Assembly: GCA_012840355.1 (NCBI GenBank)
Contig: DULN01000006.1
Location: 5,514 to 69,513 of the forward strand
DNA length: 64,000 nt
Origin: Clostridiales bacterium
GTDB lineage: Bacteria; Bacillota; Clostridia; Oscillospirales; CAG-272
Reading direction: 5' to 3'
Positions 1-7,661 of the stretch are shown piece by piece. The translations under genes were made by a program, and so were the position numbers. Below the pieces are notes generated by a model. That model was not told the DNA's origin. It saw nothing but the letters and a program-made list of their open reading frames with translations, and did no database searches. Each line of letters opens with the position of its first letter. The first letter of the stretch is position 1.

Positions 1-146
1 ACTGTTATAGTAGTATCATTATTGTCATTATTATCATTATTATCATTATTATCGTAATTACCGCTGCTTGCGCAGCCGTAAAGATTAAGTAGAAAAATAA
101 ATGCCAGCGAGATTATGCAAGCCCTAAAGATATTTTTTATAGCCAC
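1..146 (-). CDS. lipoprotein, 5' portion only (gene runs off the left edge)
   Basis: Minus strand reads AAGGAG, 9 nt, GTG (144-146), then MAIKNIFRACIISLAFIFLLNLYGCASSGNYDNNDNNDNNDNNDTTIT. This is a hydrophobic signal peptide ending in a lipobox-like LYGC. It is missing from the ORF track only because the window edge truncates it. Confidence 0.5.
   Translation of the reverse strand, partial: MAIKNIFRACIISLAFIFLLNLYGCASSGNYDNNDNNDNNDNNDTTIT
18..53. repeat. 4 x 9-bp in-frame tandem repeat
   Basis: ATTATTGTC followed by ATTATTATC x3 on the + strand. It encodes (DNN)4 in the post-lipobox linker of the partial lipoprotein. Confidence 0.85.
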
Positions 147-316
147 AAAAACTATCTCCTTATGAAAACAAAATTATAGATTATTTCTAAAAAACACTTT
201 ATTTGTTATGAAAAAATGGTATAATAGAAAATACTTACACCAGAAGCAGAGAAAGCTTGCATTCAATTATATCGCAAAACTTAAATATATACAAGATAAT
301 ATTAGGAGGGATAAAG

Positions 317-1018
317 TTGGCGGAGATTATCCAGATAAACGATACCACATGGAGAATTGAAGATAACGGCGTCAGATTTTTCCTCTTAACCGGCGCGGAT
401 AAGGCTCTGCTCGTTGACAGCGGCAGAGGTACCCCGAATGCAAAGCAGATTGCAGAGGGTATTACAAAACTGCCACTAATGCTTCTTAACACGCACGCCG
501 ATCCGGACCATATCTCCGGTAACGGCAGTTTTGAGTATATTTATATGCATCCTGCCGAAGAAGGACTCTACAGGGCGCACGGGGGCAAAGGCACAATTTT
601 GCCTGTAAATGATAGCGATATAATAGAGCTTGGCAACAGACCCCTGAAAATATTTTACATACCCGGGCATACCCCCGGCAGCATTGCCGTGCTGGATATA
701 AAAAACAGGGCGCTTATATCGGGAGACTCGGTCCAAGACGGGAACATCTTTATGTTTGGGAAACACAGGAATATGTCCCGCTATCTGGAGAGCATGAAGA
801 AGCTGTCTAAGTATACCGATGAGTTTGACACGGTATATCCGTCGCACGGCAGCTTCCCGGTCGGTCCCGATTTGATTGGCAAGCTTATCGAAGGCGCGGA
901 GCAGATTATAAGCGGCAAAGCGCAAGGGGAGATCATTGAAAGGTTCGGCGCGCCGGTAATGCTTTATAAATTCCCATATGCCGGATTTTTGTGCGACGTT
1001 CCCGCGGACAAAGAGTAA
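317..1018 (+). CDS. MBL-fold metallo-hydrolase
   Basis: ORF 257-1018. Start moved to TTG 317, 6 nt after AGGAGGG (304-310). Metallo-beta-lactamase signature LLNTHADPDH, later PGHTPGS. No signal peptide. Confidence 0.8.
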   Translation: MAEIIQINDTTWRIEDNGVRFFLLTGADKALLVDSGRGTPNAKQIAEGITKLPLMLLNTHADPDHISGNGSFEYIYMHPAEEGLYRAHGGKGTILPVNDSDIIELGNRPLKIFYIPGHTPGSIAVLDIKNRALISGDSVQDGNIFMFGKHRNMSRYLESMKKLSKYTDEFDTVYPSHGSFPVGPDLIGKLIEGAEQIISGKAQGEIIERFGAPVMLYKFPYAGFLCDVPADKE

Positions 1019-1135
1019 GGGTGACGATTATCGTTTGCTAAGATTTAAGCATGCAATATACCCATAAAAGCGTTAAGAGGATAAGCAAAAAGTTGACCCT
1101 TAATTAATACTTTACATAAAATGGAGGGCGCGCTT

Positions 1136-2623
1136 ATGTCAAATCCTTCTCGGAGACTGGTTGCCTTAACGCTTGTTGTTGCCATCCTTTTTACGCTGGT
1201 ATCCTGTGCCGAAAAAACCGCCAATGTTGCAGACGCATCGAAAAAACCGGGTGATTCGTCAGCTTTGCAAGATGCCGAGACGGCATCCGATTACATTGCA
1301 AAACTCAGCGGCCAAAATTTCGGCGGGGAAACCTTTACGATATTGTGCACGCATACCGAGGAAAGACCTAATATGCCGTTCGAAGAAGAAGTTGGAGATA
1401 TATTTTATGACTCGGCATATAGGCGTGACCGCATAGTTGAAGACCTATTTAATATAAATATCGAATATATATCGGACACAGACCGCGGTGCCGTAAGGAC
1501 AAAGGTGATGAACACTGTTAATGCGCAGGAAGACGCGTATGATTTGCTTTTGACCACCACCGCGGATGGGTTCAACACCCTCGCTCCGGGCGGGTATCTG
1601 TATGACCTGCGCTCTGTGGACTCGCTGCTTTTGGACGAGGATTGGTGGTGCCAGTCGATGAACGAGGAGATGGTCGTCAACGGCAAACAGTATGTGGCGA
1701 CGGGACCGGCATGTTTGGCATACCTGTATAGCACATTTTTTGTTATTTTCAATATAAACCTTGCTTCTGACCGCGGGATTTCAGATGAAAGCCTGTATAA
1801 TGCCGTTATTGACGGAAAATGGACAATTGATATGCTCGCTAGCCTAATTAAAGGAGTGTACGCCGACCTGAACAACAATGGGAGAGCCGATACCGAGGAC
1901 TTTTATGGACTTGACCTTGACGACTCGCAGGGCAACGCCCTTTACGCCGGGGCAGGGCTTAAGACGACCCAAAGAAACCCGGACGGTATACCCGAACTCG
2001 TCATCGACAGCGAGCGCTCGATAACCGTGCTAGATAAATTCAACTCCCTTTTCACTACTCAAGATGTTATACAGACCGAATCACTTGGAAATGACCCGTC
2101 AGGATTGTCGTACAAAATCTCGCTTTTCAAGAATAGGCGCTCGCTGTTTAGCTTAAACCGTGCAGCTTTCGTCATGTCATACCTCAGGGATATGGAAGAC
2201 GACTACGGTATCCTTCCCGTTCCTAAATACGAAGAATCGCAGAAATCGTATTATACGCTCTTTGACCCTTGGATGCCGAGCGGGATCGGGCTTCTTAAAA
2301 CCGTTTCCGATGCGGAAAAAGTCGGCATTGTAACAGACGCAATGGCATACTTGGGCTACACCACAGTGCAGCCCAATGTCTTGAGCCTCACGCTGAAAGA
2401 AAAAATCGCGCGCGACGAGAATTCCAAAAAAATGCTCGACATCGTATACGATAACATCACCGTCGATCTCAACACAATATTCAACTTTGGCGAAACCTCT
2501 ATATATTTGAGACAATATGCGGTCGGCAGCACTTCCAATTTCATCTCTACTTATAAAAAAGTAGCCAAAGCAGCCCAAAAAGCGCTTGAAAAGCTTATGG
2601 AGCAGTACGACGTCATAACATAA
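1136..2623 (+). CDS. extracellular solute-binding lipoprotein (sugar-ABC SBP family 1 / LplA-like), paralogue 1
   Basis: ORF 1121-2623. ATG 1136 lies 7 nt after GGAGGG. Signal peptide with lipobox LVSC. Shares family motifs DGKWTID and MEDDYGILPVPKY...YYT with the seven other paralogues in the window. Confidence 0.75.
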   Translation: MSNPSRRLVALTLVVAILFTLVSCAEKTANVADASKKPGDSSALQDAETASDYIAKLSGQNFGGETFTILCTHTEERPNMPFEEEVGDIFYDSAYRRDRIVEDLFNINIEYISDTDRGAVRTKVMNTVNAQEDAYDLLLTTTADGFNTLAPGGYLYDLRSVDSLLLDEDWWCQSMNEEMVVNGKQYVATGPACLAYLYSTFFVIFNINLASDRGISDESLYNAVIDGKWTIDMLASLIKGVYADLNNNGRADTEDFYGLDLDDSQGNALYAGAGLKTTQRNPDGIPELVIDSERSITVLDKFNSLFTTQDVIQTESLGNDPSGLSYKISLFKNRRSLFSLNRAAFVMSYLRDMEDDYGILPVPKYEESQKSYYTLFDPWMPSGIGLLKTVSDAEKVGIVTDAMAYLGYTTVQPNVLSLTLKEKIARDENSKKMLDIVYDNITVDLNTIFNFGETSIYLRQYAVGSTSNFISTYKKVAKAAQKALEKLMEQYDVIT

Positions 2624-2656
2624 AACGCCGATGTTGGTGTAATTAAATAAACTAAA

Positions 2657-2700
2657 CCTCCTGTGATAGCAAAACCTATCGCAGGAGGTTTTAAATGCTT
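2657..2700. terminator. intrinsic terminator between convergent genes
   Basis: CCTCCTGTGATAG (2657-2669) pairs with CTATCGCAGGAGG (2676-2688) with one wobble, followed by a T-rich tract. Confidence 0.6.
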
Positions 2701-2764
2701 TTTATATTATCGGCTTATCGGCGGTATTAAAAGAACAAGCCAAGTATAAAACGCATCCATTTTG

Positions 2765-3889
2765 TTAGCCAACATTTTTACAGCCTAATATTAAGCATTT
2801 GCAGAACAAAATTCCAAAGCAATGTTTATCACATGGACAGTTGGGCATATCTGGATTGGGGCATGAGCAATTATCTTCGCTGCAATCGCAGTTTTCGCCG
2901 CACGTGCAATCGTTACCGCAGCCGCATTTTTGCTCATCATTGCCGCAATCGCAGTCGGTGCAGTCGCCGCCGCAGTCGCCGCATTCACTGCATGGGCAAT
3001 TGGAGCTGCCGCCGTTGCCGCAATCGCAGTCGGTGCAGTCGCCATCACACTCGCTGCAGCCATCGCACGGGCAATTGGAGCCGCCGCCATCACCACAACC
3101 GCATTCAGGGCAATCGCCGTCGCACTCGTCGCAAACGTCACATGGGCAGTTGGGCTGCTCGTCGCCGCCTTCGCCGCAGCCGCAGTCGGGGCAATCGCAG
3201 TCGTCGCATTCTTCACATGGGCAGGTAGGCTCTTCTACGCTTTGTTCGCAGCCCGGGCATTTGCATTCTGGGCAGTTGCCATTGCACTCGCAGCCATCGC
3301 CGGTGCAACCATCGCACGTGCACTTGGGCGGCTCAGGCTTGTTCGGTGTGCCCCCGCCGCCGCCACCGCCGGCGGGAGCCCAGCTTAAGCTAGGGGCGGG
3401 CATGTCGGGTTTTTCTATGAACTCATATGCGCCGATGTCGATTGTGCCGCTGACACGCGTGCCATTTTTTAAGTCGTAGCCTAATAGCACGTTGTGAGCG
3501 GTAGAAAATGAACGTGCATTACTGGTGTAATCGTCGTTATTTCCTTTGTCAACTAAAACCGAGCTGCTCTTTGGCTCAAAGCTGCCCGAGTTTTTGAACA
3601 GATCTTTATGATTGGACTTGGAAATGTCTATGTTATTATAGGTATCGTCGAAAAGAATAAAGTCTTGTGATTGCTCGCCTATTGCATTATTGTAAAACGC
3701 GTAAGTGCCGAGGACTTCTTCGCTTTTGCTTTCCCTATAGACCTGATCGCCGCCGTCATTGCCCCAAATTACATTGTTGTAAAATGCCAGATTGATATTG
3801 TCGTCGACAGTTATATGTACGCCGGCACCTGCTTTGCCTTTTTCTTCGGATATACCGTTGTAAACAATAGTGTTGTTTATAAGTGTTGT
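2765..3889 (-). pseudogene. surface beta-helix (Pmp / choice-of-anchor-like) protein, 3' fragment with Cys-rich repeat tail
   Basis: Hand translation shows this frame is open from 3889 down to the stop at 2765. The ORF track shows only 2765-3490 because no ATG/GTG/TTG occurs upstream. It reads NNTIVYNGISEEKGKAGAGVHITVDDNINLAFYNNVIWGN...IDIGAYEF, then a G7/Pro linker, then ~185 aa with ~51 Cys. It joins the upstream fragment only if one copy of the 13-bp duplication is removed. Confidence 0.75.
2927..3229 (-). repeat. four tandem 72-81-bp coding repeats (7-Cys units)
   Basis: Units are PTCPCEECDDCDCPDCGCGEGGDEQ / PNCPCDVCDECDGDCPECGCGDGGGS / NCPCDGCSECDGDCTDCDCGNGGSS / NCPCSECGDCGGDCTDCDCGNDEQK. 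The DNA units are also visibly similar, e.g. GCAATCGCAGTCGGTGCAGTCGCC occurs twice on the + strand. Confidence 0.85.
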
Positions 3890-4538
3890 TTATAATACGG
3901 GCATTTGCTGCGCCGGCGATATAAATTGCGCCGCCGGATATAGCCGCGTTATTGTAAGCAATAAGGTTATTTGTGATATATACGTCGCTCGAAGTGTCAA
4001 TATAAACTCCGGCGCCGTTTATTGCTTCGTTATTTTCAATGCGGGAATGGGATATTATAGCGGGACCGGCGACATTGATTGTCCCATCGCTTTCGGGGGC
4101 TTTGTTCCCATGAATGTAACAGGACAGTAGCGAGCCGTTGTCTAAATTAATGGCGCCGCCTGTTACTATCGAGTTTTCCAGCACGCCGCCAGATTCAAGC
4201 TCGGCAATGCTACCGCTTCCGTCGGATGTGGACTCTATTGTCACACCGCTAACGACTCCGCCGGCAATCTTAACAACAACTCCACTGACTTTTAAAACCG
4301 TGGGCGATATGAATTCCCAAGGCTCGATAATGCCGTTTTTGTCACGGTCAACTTTGATTCTGCCGCCTTCATAAACCTCGTTGCCGGAAAAGCTACCGTA
4401 AAGGTATACCCCTTCTTTGATTTCAAGCGGTTTTGTTATGTTGTAATCCCCGCCCTTAAGGAATACCTTTACCTTTTCGCCTGGCTGCGGCTCATAGCCA
4501 AGCGCCGCTGAAACCACTGTAGCCGAAACTACCACCAT
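3756..4538 (-). pseudogene. surface beta-helix protein, 5' fragment (N-terminally truncated, frameshifted tail)
   Basis: Part of ORF 3756-4667. Parallel beta-helix repeats (IENNEAINGAGVYIDTSSDVYITNNLIAYNNAAISGGAIYIAGAANARIINNT), then nonsense tail YKQHYCLQ... after the 13-bp duplication. No signal peptide and no SD. Sequence above ~4497 is antisense to the neighbouring SBP remnant. Confidence 0.65.
3869..3894. repeat. perfect 13-bp tandem duplication (frameshifting)
   Basis: AGTGTTGTTTATA at 3869-3881 and again at 3882-3894 (+ strand). Removing one copy changes the upstream frame (codon tops = 2 mod 3) to the downstream frame (1 mod 3). Confidence 0.9.
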
Positions 4539-5826
4539 ACTCGACACTTTGCCGAAAGTGGACCTAAAAGGGCTAACGGTTCGCGCGCTGGCACGAAAAA
4601 ACTCGTGGTGGCAGCTTACAGAGATTAGCGCTACCGAGCTAAACGGAGAAGTTATCAACGACGCCATTTACAACCGCAACCTGAAGCTTGAGTCAACTTG
4701 CAATATAAAGTTTTTGACGGAACATGTCGACTCCGTCGGAAATACAATCCGCGCGCTCATAATGGCAAATGATAGCACATATGAATTTATTCTTGCGAAT
4801 ATGAACGAGAGTGCAACGCTTGCGGGCGACGGCATGCTTATTAATCTTTACAGCATTCCGACGCTTGATATGTCAAACCCTGCGTGGGACCAAAACGCCA
4901 ATGATTATTTCAGCATAGCAGGCAAGCTTTATTATGGGGTATCCGACATATCGCTTGGCAAAAACGAAGCGATTTGGTGCTACATGTTCAACAAACGGCT
5001 AATAAAGGATTTTGCGCTTGATGATCCGTACCAGCTAGTTCGAGAGGGCAAATGGACATTTGACATATCGCACCAAATGATGACCGTTGCAACCGCCGAC
5101 CTTAATGGAGATGGCAAAATAACCGCCGACGCTGACCGGTATGGTTTAGCGACACACGAGGTAAACTACTATGCGCTGCTAATTGCCGGCGGCGAGCCAC
5201 TTGCGCGCGCAGGCAGCGAAGGGGTTCCGGTGATTACTGCCGGCAGCGACAGGTTTATATCGGTCTATGATAAAATTGTTTTGCTGTTTACCCAAAACGA
5301 CATGACGCTAATCGAGTATGAGGGCAAGGCATTTATGGCTGGCCGCGCGCTGCTCTGCGGGCAGGTTTTAGCATGCGTGCGCCTATTTAGGCCGATGGAA
5401 GACGACTTTGGCATAATCCCCTTGCCCAAATATGACGAGCTGCAAAAGCAGTATTACTCTTATGTAATACCTTACGATATTTTTTCAGCTTCGGTGCCTG
5501 TTACGGCAAATGATTTAGAAGTATCGGGCTATGTGCTGCAGGCACTCGCCATCCTTTCGGATTATTATATCACGCCGGCTTATTATGATATTACGATTAC
5601 TGGCAAAGGGTTGCGCGACGAGGAGTCGGCAGAGATGCTTGACATAATACTTGATAGTACCGTCTACGACCTGGCGCGCATGTATGATTGGGGCGCGGTA
5701 GCGTCTAGCATAGTGGCGAATATGATGTCGGGCAAAGATTTCATGTCGTTCTATAAAAAACGCGAGAAAGCGGCAAACTCTGCCTTGCAAAAAACCGTCG
5801 ATGCTTTTATTTCAAGCGCTACATAG
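4498..5826 (+). pseudogene. solute-binding lipoprotein paralogue 2, 5'-truncated (no signal peptide or lipobox)
   Basis: ORF 4549-5826. The frame is open from 4498, just after an in-frame TAG at 4495-4497. It begins in the low-complexity linker (SAAETTVAETTTILDTLPKVDLKG), then has family motifs INDAIYNRN, EGKWTFD, MEDDFGIIPLPKY. About 30-50 N-terminal residues, including the signal peptide and lipobox, are missing relative to the paralogues. Confidence 0.7.
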
Positions 5827-5848
5827 CCTTAAGCAATTTTAAATAAAA

Positions 5849-5873
5849 CCGCCTGAATGCAGGCGGCTTTTTT
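5849..5873 (+). terminator. intrinsic terminator
   Basis: CCGCCTG (5849-5855) / CAGGCGG (5860-5866) followed by a T6 run. Confidence 0.6.
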
Positions 5874-6090
5874 ATCAAGGTTAACTGCTGAGCTTATATT
5901 TGCCGTGCAGTTTTTTACGATATTGCTAACAAATGCATGCTATAAGCTTCATAAACCCTGTAAATTACCTCCCGGAGCGTTTTTTGCCCCGGATTTTAAG
6001 CTATGATACTTGTAATATGTGAGAATTTGTATTATAATTGTAATGCTTTTAAGTAGTTGACCCATATAAATTTTCATGGAGGTTAAGCAA

Positions 6091-7482
6091 ATGTCACGGA
6101 AACTAATAGCGCTCGTACTTGCCTTTATTATGGCATTCGCCGTGTTCGCCCTTGCCGGCTGTTCAGGCGGCGAGTCGTCGTCGGGCGATGCCGAAACAAG
6201 TGCGGGCAACGAACCGTCGGAGACAACCCCGGTCGAATCCACTGAAGAGGAAGCAACAGTTGAAGAAGAAACAACCGCAGCTGAAGAAACACCTTCCGCA
6301 AGCTCCGAGCCGAAAGAGGAAACTGCGGGCCCGGAATTCGGCTATATAATTGAGGAGTACTCTGAGTATCATTACACCACTTTCGTCTGCCCCTATACTG
6401 ACGGCAACGGCGTGGTTGGCGGTAGCGCCGCTAACGGCTATTTCGACCCGGCAACCGACGAAATGGCGGCGTTCATCGCGCAGAATCCCGAGTGGTATAA
6501 GGACACAAAGCTCATGGAGAGCTGGGATATTGCGAGCGCACCGTTCGGCGACCGCATCGGCGTTATGATGGCGGCAGAAACGCCTTTCATCACCGACCCG
6601 GTTAACGTCAACGGCCTTATGGTCTACAAGACTTTTGAGATCAAAGACCTTAGCGACGACATTCATTACTCGCTCAATGTATTTTACGATAACACGGTTT
6701 ACATTTATATAAACGGCAAGCCATACTTTATAAATGACGCCAACTGCGGCGTTGGCGACTGGAACGGCGACTATGAGCCGATAAACTACAATATCGACGA
6801 CCAGCCGCTCACGCTTAAGGACTTCCTCGTTGAAGGCACAAACTACATAGCGATCTCGATTAAGAACTGCTGGGGCGGGCGCGAGCTTGACCTTTCGCTT
6901 ACTTACGAGAAATCGTCCACGAAGGCTTCGCTCAGGTTCTTTGACCCGGGCGCTGAGTGGCATTACAAAGTATTCTATTGCCCGTACACCGACGGTAACG
7001 GCGAAATCGACGGCAGCGCTGCCGGCGGTTATTACGATGAAGCCACCGACGAGATGGCTAAGTTCATAGCCGAAAATCCCAACTTCACGACCGACGCCGA
7101 GATGCTCAAGTCCTGGCCGACCGCCAAGTCGCCTTTTAGCGCGGTGGCAGAAGAGATCGGCTGGACCGGCAGCAACCACGGCCTCATTCTCTACAGGACT
7201 ATCGAGATCACCGACGTTGAGAAGCTCAAGACAGCCGACTACTTCGACTGGTATTGCTTCTACGACAACACGATCCATGTATACCTCAACGGCACCGAGA
7301 TATTTGTCGACGACGGTAACTGCGTAGCTCAGGACTGGAACGGCGGACTTACCCATTACGAGCTCGACACCGCCACTGTGGCTGAGCTGTTCAAACAGGG
7401 CGAGAACCACCTCGTTGTCACCATCAAAGACGCGTGGGGCGGCCGTGAGTTCAACGCCGGCTTCTCCGCCGAGTGGAAGTAA
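6091..7482 (+). CDS. secreted lipoprotein with acidic linker and two tandem ~190-aa repeats, function unknown
   Basis: ORF 6076-7482. ATG 6091 after GGAGG. Signal peptide ...VFALAGC. E/T/S-rich linker. Two homologous halves: (Y/W)HY..F.CPYTDGNG...GSAA.GY.D.ATDEMA.FIA.NP ... FYDNT(V/I).(I/V)Y(I/L)NG ... KN/DCWGGRE. Confidence 0.75.
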   Translation: MSRKLIALVLAFIMAFAVFALAGCSGGESSSGDAETSAGNEPSETTPVESTEEEATVEEETTAAEETPSASSEPKEETAGPEFGYIIEEYSEYHYTTFVCPYTDGNGVVGGSAANGYFDPATDEMAAFIAQNPEWYKDTKLMESWDIASAPFGDRIGVMMAAETPFITDPVNVNGLMVYKTFEIKDLSDDIHYSLNVFYDNTVYIYINGKPYFINDANCGVGDWNGDYEPINYNIDDQPLTLKDFLVEGTNYIAISIKNCWGGRELDLSLTYEKSSTKASLRFFDPGAEWHYKVFYCPYTDGNGEIDGSAAGGYYDEATDEMAKFIAENPNFTTDAEMLKSWPTAKSPFSAVAEEIGWTGSNHGLILYRTIEITDVEKLKTADYFDWYCFYDNTIHVYLNGTEIFVDDGNCVAQDWNGGLTHYELDTATVAELFKQGENHLVVTIKDAWGGREFNAGFSAEWK

Positions 7483-7502
7483 TATAGTATAAAGTAAAAT
7501 TT

Positions 7503-7545
7503 AAAACGCCTATTCCGGGCAATCCGGGATAGGCGTTTTGTTTTG
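7503..7545 (+). terminator. intrinsic terminator
   Basis: AAAACGCCTAT (7503-7513) pairs with ATAGGCGTTTT (7529-7539), inner CCGGG/CCGGG arms, then TTTTGTTTT. Confidence 0.7.
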
Positions 7546-7661
7546 CGGGCTTTTTTGATAAAAATTATAAAAGGTAGTGCAACCGTAGCGTTTTTCTGCT
7601 ATAATTTCGGTGGTCACTCAAGGAGAGAGACAAAAGATAGCTAAAAAAGGGAGGAGCAAAA

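Noticed and set aside
2927-3229. Regular ~72-81-bp repeats that could superficially suggest a CRISPR-like or satellite array
   Set aside because: The units are contiguous with no unique spacers, are in frame, and encode a conserved 7-Cys peptide unit. No cas genes are present.
2791-3479. Four additional long ORFs (2791-3216 -, 2799-3479 +, 2833-3228 +, 2930-3388 +) overlapping the Cys-rich region
   Set aside because: They translate to low-complexity Ala/Ser/Pro/Arg strings. They exist only because the TGC/GAC/GGC-rich repeats lack stop codons in most frames. Only the 2765-3889 minus frame continues a recognisable protein (beta-helix, DIGAYEF).
6163-7410. 415-aa antisense ORF opposite the duplicated-domain lipoprotein. 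Similar long antisense ORFs at 35535-36992 (485 aa), 25450-26118, 12357-12980, 48572-49264 and 50853-51635
   Set aside because: The opposite strands carry genes with clear family motifs, SD sites and terminators. The antisense translations are Arg/Val/Ala-rich with no motifs, as expected for GC-rich coding DNA read backwards.
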